This document shows, one piece after another, positions 32,983-43,000 of a stretch of 64,000 nucleotides of DNA. Source of the DNA: a virus (taxonomy: Duplodnaviria; Caudoviricetes); the IMG/VR virus record IMGVR_UViG_3300044675_005052; one strand, written 5' to 3'. Both the position numbers and the translations under genes were made by a program. Below the pieces are notes generated by a model that was not told where the DNA came from, searched no databases, and saw only the letters and a program-made list of their open reading frames with translations. Every line of letters starts with the position of its first letter. Position 1 is the first letter of the stretch.

Positions 32983-35472
32983 TTAGAAATCAAATTTAAC
33001 CAAAAACTGTTGAATCCCTTGTCTTAACACAGGAGATTGTAGCTTTGATACAATCATAAGATTCATTTCGTTATCGTAAAGCCCAATTTCAGTAATATAT
33101 GAACTTGTTCCTTTAGTCCATGTAGGATTTGAGGTCGATTGAAACTCCGCTTGACCAAGATTTATCTTATATTTCATTTCATAGATAGTTGCTTCAATAT
33201 CAGTTTCTAATGAACCATAGAAATAATATTCATCACCAAAATTTAATGAAGGTGTGGTTGTATTACCTGACACTAATGGAATATAATCATTTAAATTGTA
33301 ATCATCAGCAGCTGCGTAATTTTCTTCAGTAATGGTAAATGTTGTACCTGTTAAACTATCTACGGTTAAATATCCATTGATAGTAGTTGCACTTATTTGT
33401 GAAGTAAAATCAATGATTTTCCAATCATCCGGGTTAGGTCTACCTGTACCAATTACTTTTTGACAAATAACTTGGAATGTGTCCGCATAAAACCCTGTAA
33501 TTAAGTCACAGGAAGGACACAGAGTCGTTGTTGTTGTTGTTGTGGTAGTTGTGGTTGGAATTAACGTTGGTTGGTTTAAACAAGGGAATTCAGCTCCAAA
33601 TCTAATTGAAACGTTTTGTTCGGTTAAATTACCACAAGAAATGTTTGGCCCTTGAATTTTAGTATAATAATTACAATGTAATGAATTAGTGAAAATATCG
33701 GTATTACTAAATCTATAAGTTACATACATATATTCAGTGTCCGCAGTTAATATACCATTAACTGTTGGTTGATTATTTTCAACAACACAAGTGTTTGGTG
33801 TAGTTAACCCAACTTTAGGTGCCGGTAATGTCCAGTTACGGTTTGACTTGTAAGACATTGCGGCAATAATCTCTTCATCATCAATAATGATAATTTGTGA
33901 ATCAGGGAATACTTTACCAACTCTATTTGGTAGACCAGTACTCTCGTTAACATTAGTGTCCCATAAATTATAATATCTAATACCCGGGTCATTCATACCT
34001 AAATTTTTAGTTGATAGAATATATTGGTCTTTAAATATTTGAGGAAATGTGTCTGAGTCAAATCCTGGAGGGTCAACCCAAAAAGTTTGACCTTTACAAC
34101 ATTCAGGATTTTTATGCCACATTAACCACGGCAAATGTAATCTAAAGTTACGAGCTTCACCTGTAGTATCTGAAGGGTTATTAGAGTCGTAAGGTTCAAA
34201 GGCAAATTTCTCACCATAGAAGAAATCAATTGATTGATTAGTATAGTGAATAATAGCAATAGCTTTTTGCTCACTTGGTTGAACAACAACTTGTTCATCA
34301 AATGAATTATAATAATAAACAACACTTGTATCGGTTTGTCCACTATCTGACATATATCCAAAATATTCTTTACTACCTAAATAAGACGCTGAACCAAAAT
34401 ATTGATAACCTTTATAAAATGAATCATACAATCCAGCAGGATTTTCCGACCAAGGAATATTCATATTCCAAATCTTAACATCTGATTCATCCGTACTACA
34501 TAAAGATTCAAAATTAATAACATTTTGATTCCAATGTGAGTTAGGTGTAATACTATCGTATAATGTTGTCATATTTGGTGGGTATACTAATACTCTAGCG
34601 AAACATCCACTTGAAAAGTTTGAAAAGTCAGGTGTTGGTCTGTCTAATGTATATAAACCATTACAGATATCTATAATTTTATAAGTTAATATTGGGTAAC
34701 AACTACTCATTGACATCTCACAATCAGGTGGTGTCGGAGTTGGAGGTAAAGGTGTAGTACAACAAGTTGAAGAAGGTGTTGGTGTTGGACCTTGGTCACA
34801 TATGTTAGCACTCTTAGTTATTGTTGGTGTAGGTGTTGGAGTTGGATTGGCCTCGTAAGTTGGTGTAGGTGTAGGTGTTGAAGTTGGTGTAGGTGTTGGG
34901 TTAGGGTCACAATAACAATTGTATTCACCTTGACCGTCGTAATATATTGTAACAAAATCACCAATCATTGGTAATCTTACAATATTTGAATTACACCCTG
35001 AATACACTAATTGAATAACACTACCACCTGTTAATGTAGACATATCTACAAGATAGTTAGAGTTAATTGTGTATTGGCTATTTGTTAACGCACTCCAATT
35101 AATTGTAGTTGCTGTTGTATTACCTGTAAAAAATCCTCTCATAGCGGCTCTATTATAAACCGCTTGAGGTACTGATGCCATATAAGGAATTCCGTATGTG
35201 TTACCGGTTATTCCATCAACATAATACGGGTATTTAACATTTTGTTTGTTTGTTTCAGGTGCAGCAGTTGAATTCTGAGCATTAAATGCGGGTTCAAGAA
35301 TATTTGTTGTGAATTGATTATAAGGTGTTCCTGTTAATGTATTGTAAGAAACCTCACTATCACCTACTTGAAAATAAGAGATATTAAAACTACCTTGTGA
35401 TAGTTTTAACCTTGCGGTATCGGTTAACCTTGTGCTAAGTAAACCTTGTGTATTTTTTAATATGTATCCCAT
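32983..35472 (-). CDS. Tail/baseplate-attached fibre-type protein with Thr-Pro linker
   Basis: C-terminal YITEIGLYDNEMNLMIVSKLQSPV resembles the tail-collar/fibre attachment motif; (PT)n at ~34726-34906; TATTTATA at 35477-35484 on the minus strand. Confidence 0.6.
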   Translation of the reverse strand: MGYILKNTQGLLSTRLTDTARLKLSQGSFNISYFQVGDSEVSYNTLTGTPYNQFTTNILEPAFNAQNSTAAPETNKQNVKYPYYVDGITGNTYGIPYMASVPQAVYNRAAMRGFFTGNTTATTINWSALTNSQYTINSNYLVDMSTLTGGSVIQLVYSGCNSNIVRLPMIGDFVTIYYDGQGEYNCYCDPNPTPTPTSTPTPTPTYEANPTPTPTPTITKSANICDQGPTPTPSSTCCTTPLPPTPTPPDCEMSMSSCYPILTYKIIDICNGLYTLDRPTPDFSNFSSGCFARVLVYPPNMTTLYDSITPNSHWNQNVINFESLCSTDESDVKIWNMNIPWSENPAGLYDSFYKGYQYFGSASYLGSKEYFGYMSDSGQTDTSVVYYYNSFDEQVVVQPSEQKAIAIIHYTNQSIDFFYGEKFAFEPYDSNNPSDTTGEARNFRLHLPWLMWHKNPECCKGQTFWVDPPGFDSDTFPQIFKDQYILSTKNLGMNDPGIRYYNLWDTNVNESTGLPNRVGKVFPDSQIIIIDDEEIIAAMSYKSNRNWTLPAPKVGLTTPNTCVVENNQPTVNGILTADTEYMYVTYRFSNTDIFTNSLHCNYYTKIQGPNISCGNLTEQNVSIRFGAEFPCLNQPTLIPTTTTTTTTTTTLCPSCDLITGFYADTFQVICQKVIGTGRPNPDDWKIIDFTSQISATTINGYLTVDSLTGTTFTITEENYAAADDYNLNDYIPLVSGNTTTPSLNFGDEYYFYGSLETDIEATIYEMKYKINLGQAEFQSTSNPTWTKGTSSYITEIGLYDNEMNLMIVSKLQSPVLRQGIQQFLVKFDF

Positions 35473-35502
35473 GTGATATAAATATTCTTATTTTTTTTAT
35501 TT

Positions 35503-36528
35503 TTAATTGACACTTATTATTTCTACTCTACAACATCCACAACCACTAATACTTGCGTTACCAATTGAGAATGAATCCTGACTTGATGTGTAAGTACAAG
35601 GGGTTAATGGGTCGTTTTGTGTTATTGTCGTTGTAGTATTTAATATGATACTATCTGAAGATGTAAAACTTAAAGAATTCCAACTTTCAGTATAATAATC
35701 TAAATAATTTGTTAAATTCTGACATCCTTGTAATGGATTATAATCAGTGTTAGTTGTTGTTAAACCACTTGTTGTTAGTGGAATAGAAACATTATTTTTA
35801 GATAACACAGTATTAGTAGTTAAAGTTGCTGTGGTAGCGCTTGGAGAATAGTAAAAAGTATTATAATGTAATATGTTAAAATTAACTATTACTCCACTTG
35901 GTAATTCAGGAATAACACTAAAAGTTGTTGTGTATTGTTTAGTTAGTGTTGTATTTGTATTAACCGGATTTGTTATTGTTGTATTTAATTTTAATTGATA
36001 TAATGTCGGAGGTGCCGGTTCATTTAATTTTACATTATTACTATTTGTGTTACCACTTGAATCAATCACCTTAACACTATACATACCCGAACATAAATTA
36101 TTAAAAATTGGTGAATTAAAATAAGTGACACCATTATCTATTGAATATTGGTATGGAGGATAACCTCCCGAAAGATTAATCATTAAATTACCATCACAAG
36201 TACATATTGGTTGATTAACACTAAAAGTTAATGAGTTAATTCCTAATGGATTACAAACACCTTCGTTAGCATAAACAGTTCCGTTAGCTCCTAATATATA
36301 CCAAGAGTTAAGTGGGGGTACAGAAGATGGTAAGGAAGAAAATACTGAATAAGTTAGATTACCACCATTCAATTTCCATCTACTTAATGAAACGTCCCAA
36401 TTAATTGAATAAGTGTAATCATCAGACACCCATTGATTATATCCATTATCATCTAATCCATTTGGATTAAAATGAATTTGTAAGTTATTAATACTTATAT
36501 TTAGACAAAAATTATATTCTATTTCCAT
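35503..36528 (-). CDS. Putative virion protein with SprB-like domain
   Basis: CTCDGNLMINLSGGYPPYQYSIDNG...NLCSGMYSVKVIDSSG. Confidence 0.6.
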   Translation of the reverse strand: MEIEYNFCLNISINNLQIHFNPNGLDDNGYNQWVSDDYTYSINWDVSLSRWKLNGGNLTYSVFSSLPSSVPPLNSWYILGANGTVYANEGVCNPLGINSLTFSVNQPICTCDGNLMINLSGGYPPYQYSIDNGVTYFNSPIFNNLCSGMYSVKVIDSSGNTNSNNVKLNEPAPPTLYQLKLNTTITNPVNTNTTLTKQYTTTFSVIPELPSGVIVNFNILHYNTFYYSPSATTATLTTNTVLSKNNVSIPLTTSGLTTTNTDYNPLQGCQNLTNYLDYYTESWNSLSFTSSDSIILNTTTTITQNDPLTPCTYTSSQDSFSIGNASISGCGCCRVEIISVN

Positions 36529-36529
36529 G

Positions 36530-38782
36530 TTATGATATTGATATTGTTACACCTTTTGTTGTTTGAAGAGTGCTATAGGATGTATAGTTAGTGTATGGTG
36601 GTGATGAAGTTCCATTAAGTGCTAATAGTTTAATACCCGACCAAGTTGATGATGCGTAACTCGTTAATAAATTATTAATGTTAGTACTATTAAGTCCACT
36701 ACCAAGTATTTCAATTTGATTTAAATCAGTAAAAATTCTTGAACTATTTGAGAATGTTGATATTGTGTTATTACCGCTAATGACTAAAAATCTAATATTT
36801 AAATGAACTAATGATAAATCACCAGATATTGTGTTATTACCTAGTATAGTAACATTACGATTGTTAGATGGTAAATCTTGAATATTTCCTGAAATTGTAT
36901 TATTACCATTAATATATAATTGTTGATTAATGTAAGAATTACCTAAACCACTAATATTTCCTGTAACAGTGTTATTACCATCTAATCTTAAACTTGCATT
37001 AGTTTTTAAATTAACACCACTAATATTTCCTGAAATAGTGTTATTCCCCAGAATAATTATTGTAGATAACGTTGTATAATTTAATGTTCCAATATTACCA
37101 TAGAGAGTGTTACTACCTGCAACCTCTAAGAATGTTAGATTTGGTGGTAATGTTGATATATCACCTGTTACAGAATTTTGCCCATATAATTGTATAACAG
37201 TTACAGAATTAGATAAACCTCCTAAATCACCTGAAACAGTATTAAGTCCTCTTAATTGTATTCTAAATAAATTAGGTGTTGACATTAAAGAAATGTCATT
37301 AGTGATAGTGTTTTGACCTGTAATCTGTAAATCCTCCATTAATGGTGGGCAATTACCAATATTACCAGTTATAGTATTATTACCACCAACAAAAAAGTTT
37401 TTTAATGTTGTCGGTAAATTAGATATATTACCTGATATATTATTTGATTGGTTTGGGAGACTCTGGAATAAATCTACACCAAATGTTTCTAAACTGCTTG
37501 GTAAATTTGCAACATTTCCGGAACAACTAGTTAAGTTTGACGCAAAAGAAATTAACGTTGATGGTAATAAACTTATATTACCTGATGTGAAAAAACCAGA
37601 ACCATAATTACCAAATGTTGTTAATCCATCTAAAATATTTATTTGAGAAGTTTCGACTTCTAAATATCTAACACTATTTGAAGTTATTTGAGGAGACACA
37701 CCTCCAGGTGATAATTGGGTTATAGATGTTAAATCTGCTGTCTGAATTAATATGTTTCCTGTGTAAGGTGTTGAATACGTATGTGTAATGTTAATTGACC
37801 CTGCCGGATAATTTGTTGTATTACCATCTCCCCAAACAACTCTAAACGGTAAAGATGTAATTACTATAAATGATTGTAATGAAGGGCTTACTGTGATACT
37901 ATTCAAACTTCTCGCAATCATCGTGAAAGTTTGACCGTATGGTGGTAATATTGGTGTTGATGATGTAGGTGTTAATGTTTGAGTTGGTGTAGGTGTTAAT
38001 GTTTTAGTTGGGGTAGGTGTCTGAGTCAATGTCTGAGTCAGTGTTTGAGTTGGAGTATTAGTAGGGACAGCCCCTGATGTTTGAGTTAAAGTTTGGGTAG
38101 GTGTTTGTGTAGGTGTATTAGTTGGGGTTGTGGTTAATGTTTGTGTAGGTGTTTGTGTAGGTGATGCCGTTTGAGATAAAGTAGGTGTTTGAGTTGGTGT
38201 AGGTGTTAACGTAGGTGTTTGAGTAGGTGTAGGTGTTGGACCTGACAATACGCATACGGTATTTGCCGTAAAATCACCATATGAATCCACAATAGTCGCA
38301 GGATATGACCCCGATTCTAAATCCATAATTGCTGGTGATATACTACCATCGGACCAAGTAATGGTGTAAGGTGGTGTACCTCCTGTAATAGAAATAGAGG
38401 CTCTACCATCACGACCACCAACAGTTGACGGGTTTATTACCTCACATTCAACGGTCATTGGAAATATTGTAATTACATCACATTCATTTGATTGAATATA
38501 AGTAATTGCTGGCTGAGGTGGAGGAGGTGGAAAACAACTATATGCGTTTTCTATACAATCAGAACGATTAGGATATAATACAACACTTCCATTTCCAGCA
38601 TCATAAATTAATGACCCTGATGGTATCGGACCTTGTATTAGTGTCGCACATCCACTAAATGATGGTATTGTGATTGCATAAACATTCCCTAAAATAGGAG
38701 TTGTTAATGTAAGGTCATTTACTCCGAAATAATTATCGGATTCATTTAATTTGACGCAACATGTTTGAAAATAATATATCAT
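36530..38782 (-). CDS. Putative receptor-binding/decoration protein: SprB repeat, Thr-Pro linker, PKD-like domain, LRR solenoid
   Basis: GGTPPYTITWSDG..DLESGSY; (TPTQ)n at 37950-38240; VVWGDG..HTYSTPY; about 12 repeats of L.I.GNNTISGNI..LP. Confidence 0.65.
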   Translation of the reverse strand: MIYYFQTCCVKLNESDNYFGVNDLTLTTPILGNVYAITIPSFSGCATLIQGPIPSGSLIYDAGNGSVVLYPNRSDCIENAYSCFPPPPPQPAITYIQSNECDVITIFPMTVECEVINPSTVGGRDGRASISITGGTPPYTITWSDGSISPAIMDLESGSYPATIVDSYGDFTANTVCVLSGPTPTPTQTPTLTPTPTQTPTLSQTASPTQTPTQTLTTTPTNTPTQTPTQTLTQTSGAVPTNTPTQTLTQTLTQTPTPTKTLTPTPTQTLTPTSSTPILPPYGQTFTMIARSLNSITVSPSLQSFIVITSLPFRVVWGDGNTTNYPAGSINITHTYSTPYTGNILIQTADLTSITQLSPGGVSPQITSNSVRYLEVETSQINILDGLTTFGNYGSGFFTSGNISLLPSTLISFASNLTSCSGNVANLPSSLETFGVDLFQSLPNQSNNISGNISNLPTTLKNFFVGGNNTITGNIGNCPPLMEDLQITGQNTITNDISLMSTPNLFRIQLRGLNTVSGDLGGLSNSVTVIQLYGQNSVTGDISTLPPNLTFLEVAGSNTLYGNIGTLNYTTLSTIIILGNNTISGNISGVNLKTNASLRLDGNNTVTGNISGLGNSYINQQLYINGNNTISGNIQDLPSNNRNVTILGNNTISGDLSLVHLNIRFLVISGNNTISTFSNSSRIFTDLNQIEILGSGLNSTNINNLLTSYASSTWSGIKLLALNGTSSPPYTNYTSYSTLQTTKGVTISIS

Positions 38783-38802
38783 TATAATTTGTTTCTGTTA
38801 TA

Positions 38803-39783
38803 CTATAAATAATCCTTTATTTGTTTTTTTACCAAAGATTTCATAACTTCTACATATTTTTTTGTTGAACTTTGAGAACTAACATAATCAAAAAAGTTAA
38901 TATCCTCTTTTAATTTATCTAATGGGTTAATATTAATAAAATCTCCTTTATAAAATTTATCTTGTTTTTGATTACCGGTCACACCCGCCATATGAAGAAT
39001 TGGTTTATCTTCATATATTTTTATTGAGTCGGTTGCCCATGAAAATTCAAACTCGGGTGTAATTCTTGTCTCAATTCCGTGTAACCATAAGTTCCATAAT
39101 AATGACCACATTTCTGCGGTCCAAAATTGAATTTCACCGGGACTTATTGGGAATCTTCTTTGATAATCTAACATTTGGTCATATAGTGGAACACAATCTG
39201 CATAAATTTTTTCCCATAATAACCAATCCGTATTTTTAATTAGGTATTGACCACCACCTGAATTTTCTTGATTACATTCGATACATTCGACTGACACACC
39301 AATAACGTCGGCCATTTCGTTAAGTAATTGACCTTTACCGGATGTAGGGTGAGCACTTTCATAACGATTACAACAATCCATAATATAGTTATATCCGATA
39401 TAACCTATGGTATCGGATAAGTAAGTAATATCGTCATTAATTAAACTATCAAAATTTGGTAATTTTCTGAATATAATATCAGAATCGTGTAAGAAGAAAC
39501 ATTTACCATGTTCAGGAAAATCTTTTAACCATTTTGAAATTAAAAAAGGTTTAACTGTCGGTATATAATGTTTTTGAGGTCTATCGTCGATATAATGATG
39601 TACGTTAACTCCGGTATCTTTTAATTTTAAAGATTCTTTAGTTGGTTTACCATCTTTACTTATTATTCCAAGTAATACGTGTATTTGATTAGGGGGAACA
39701 CCATGTTCAATAAAGTTATGTATATACACCATTATTTGCCAATGGAAATAAGGTACATCAGGTTGTGCTGTAACAAAAATCAT
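38803..39783 (-). CDS. Soluble GT-A glycosyltransferase resembling plant HPAT/SERGT1 (GT95/GT96) protein O-glycosyltransferases
   Basis: PYFHWQ, YIPTVKPFLISKWL, FFLHDSDIIF (DxD), WTAEMW..LHGI and ILH occur in the same order as the HPAT motifs I recall: Y..WQ, Y...NRPWAF.QWL, EPDH, WVLEMY..LHGV, IIHY. Confidence 0.7.
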   Translation of the reverse strand: MIFVTAQPDVPYFHWQIMVYIHNFIEHGVPPNQIHVLLGIISKDGKPTKESLKLKDTGVNVHHYIDDRPQKHYIPTVKPFLISKWLKDFPEHGKCFFLHDSDIIFRKLPNFDSLINDDITYLSDTIGYIGYNYIMDCCNRYESAHPTSGKGQLLNEMADVIGVSVECIECNQENSGGGQYLIKNTDWLLWEKIYADCVPLYDQMLDYQRRFPISPGEIQFWTAEMWSLLWNLWLHGIETRITPEFEFSWATDSIKIYEDKPILHMAGVTGNQKQDKFYKGDFININPLDKLKEDINFFDYVSSQSSTKKYVEVMKSLVKKQIKDYL

Positions 39784-39861
39784 ATTATATAAAACGTTTT
39801 TAATTAAATATAAATGACAATCAAATGTAATAAATGGTAAAGATGATGATATTTATATAAT

Positions 39862-40041
39862 ATGAAACTGATTAGAACAATATCGAATTTGGTAACTGAA
39901 TCTAAAAAAATTTACGAAGAAGCCTGTGAAAAAGGTGTCAACGAAAAAGAATTAGATAGATTAGAAAAAAACTACAACGAATCCTTAAAACTTTTAAGGA
40001 TTTATGAGGGTTTGAATAAAACCAAACAAGAAAATATTTAA
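39862..40041 (+). CDS. Small 59-aa protein missing from the ORF track
   Basis: MKLIRTISNLVTESKKIYEEACEKGVNEKELDRLEKNYNESLKLLRIYEGLNKTKQENI; TATTTATA at 39850-39857 directly upstream. Confidence 0.65.
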   Translation: MKLIRTISNLVTESKKIYEEACEKGVNEKELDRLEKNYNESLKLLRIYEGLNKTKQENI

Positions 40042-43000
40042 GTCCAAGAATATTTTATTTCAACTCCACTAATATGGACTGTCCATCTCATAGTATCTCC
40101 AACAGCACCGGTTACTTGTATATCTAAAGCATCATTTGTATCATCCGCAGATATTGTAACGTCATACAAAGCGTTATCTTCAACATCTGTCCCTATGGTT
40201 GATACCGGACTCGCACCAATTAATGAAGTTGTTCCACCTACATTTTTAATGGCAACTTTTCTTATATAGTGAGCTGCTGATGTACCACCACTAGTAATTC
40301 CTGCAATATTAATAGTAACAAACATTGCGGTTTCGTTTAAAACTGATATTCTTTGTGATGAACCATCTAAAAAAATGTTAACAGTTGTTACACCTGTTGT
40401 TGTATTTCTACCTAATAAATCTATTTGTTGTGTCTCACCTGTACCGGTAAATGGTGTCCAAGTTCCATTTGCAAACGACCTTTGTCCAAAACGAGGAGCA
40501 CAAGCTCTATTACCGCCAATAATAGATGAATTTTCTCCATACGCTCTATTAAGAAAACCTCCCGTTACTGTTGAAGATGCTCCAGATGCGACATTTAGTT
40601 GACCACCACCAATTGTTGAATTTGCCCCCGATGCGGTATTTTCTCTACCACCCCCAACAGTTGAATAATTATCACTTGCTGAATTACAAAAACCTCCGGC
40701 AATCGTTGCACGATTTCCATTTACAGTATTATCCCATCCACCACCTATTGTTGAAAAAAATCCTGAAACGATATTACTTATACCACCACCAATAACTGAG
40801 GTACACCCTGATGCGGTGTTACAAAACCCACCACCTATTGTTGAATCAACACCTGAGGCGATATTACTTCTACCACCACCAATAAATGAGTTAGTACCTT
40901 GTGTTGTGTTAAAACCACCACCGGCAATTGTTGAACGATAACCGTTAGCACAATTACCTCGTCCACCACCAATAGAAGAATCTCTACATACTGAATTATT
41001 CTCTCGACCTCCACCAATAAATGAATATTCTCCTAATAACGTATTACATCTACCACCACCTATTGTTGAATCTATTCCACCTGATGTATTACATCTACCA
41101 CCGGCAATTGTTGAAGTAGAACCTGATGATGTATTATTTGAACCACCACCAATAAATGAATAAACTCCTGATGCCGTATTACAATTACCACCACCAACAA
41201 CAGTTGAAGTTGATGATGATATGTTACCACCACCACTACCTACAAAAGAACGTAAACCTGATGCCGTATTACCATTACCACCACCTATTGTTGAAAAACA
41301 ACATGATGCCGTGTTTTTAAAACCACCACCAACAGTTGACCAACAACCTGAAGATAAATTACAACTACCACCACCAATAAATGAAGTACATCCTGATGCG
41401 GTGTTACAATATCCACCACCCACAAATGAAAAACAATTACTTGAAGTGTTTCCTGTACCTCCACCTACAAATGAAAAATATTCGGAAGAGGTGTTTTTAC
41501 AACCACCACCAACAAATGATGACTTACATGAGAGATGACAGACACCTGTACCAACAAATGAACCACTTCGTGCACAATTACAAAATCCATTTGATATGAT
41601 TGAATAACTACCACATGCGGTGTTTTTACGGCCTCCTATGATAGCGGAACTAGTACCATAAACTATGTTACAACAACCACCACCAATAAATGACTGATAA
41701 CCGTATCCAACACAATTAGATTGTCCCCCAACTATAGATGAATATTTAGTATAATATGAAGATATATAATTAGATTTACCACCACCAATTGTTGAAAACA
41801 CACTTGATACTGTATTTCCTGAACCACCAACAATTGACGAACAATTACCGATAGCACAATTAGTAGTACCACCACCGACAAATGATAATGCTGATGTCAC
41901 ATTTTTACAACCTCCGGCAATTGTTGAGGTATTACCTGATGCTATATTACAACATCCAGCGCCAATAAATGAATAAGCTCCTGAAGATGTGTTACTTAGT
42001 CCACCGGCAATTGTTGACCTAAAACATGAAGATGTGTTAGATTGTCCACCACCAACTGTTGAATACTGAGACGATGCTATGTTCTTACACCCACCTCCAA
42101 CAAATGAACAATTTCCTGACGCGGTATTATTTCTACCACCGGATATTGTTGAATCTATTCCTCCTGATGTATTATTTCTACCTCCGGCAATTGTTGAAGT
42201 TTGCCCTGTGGCGACATTTAAACTTCCACCACCAATGAATGAAAAATTACCTGAAACTGTGTTTTGATTACCACCACCAATTGTTGATGAGGTACCAGAT
42301 ACTATATTACCAACACCACCACCAATTGTTGTACAATAGTCTAAAGCGTTATTATTTATACCTCCCCCAATAAATGTATAATTACAAGAGACTGTATTAT
42401 TTCTACCACCGGCTATTGTTGAATAATTACCATTAGATTCGTTACTAAAACCCCCACCAATTGTTGAATGAGGACCTGAAGCAATATTACTACTACCACC
42501 ACCAATAAATGAACATGCCCCCGATGCTGTGTTTTTATAACCACCACCAATTGTTGAAGTACTACCAGAAACAGTATTACCACAACCACCACCAATAAAT
42601 GAATGAGTTCCTCCACTAATAATGTTTTGATTTCCCCCAACTACAACTGAAAAATCTGTTGTTCCCGAGTTTGATGACCCACCTAATACTGCACTACAAT
42701 TTCCCGATGCAAGATTACTAACACCACATCTAACAGATGAGTTAACACCTGTTCCGGTTATAATTACGGCTGATGAACCACCACCTCCACCACCGGCAAT
42801 AGGTACTAAAAGTCCATTTGTGCTAACTCCAACATAACAACCACTACAAGTACTCATAGAGTCAATAATCATGTCGTTAACAAATGTTGTACAATTTCTA
42901 TTTGCAGTTATATTACTACCAACAATCATAGCACATGTGCAACCACTAGTATTATTAGACGAACCACCTAATATTGATGAATAATTACCGGATGATATAT

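Noticed and set aside
40375-42267. Plus-strand Pro-rich ORFs (PPP..NE repeats) opposite the Gly-rich fibre, and other short antisense ORFs in the track
   Set aside because: These are shadows of GGN-rich or otherwise biased coding strands; they have no leaders or promoters.
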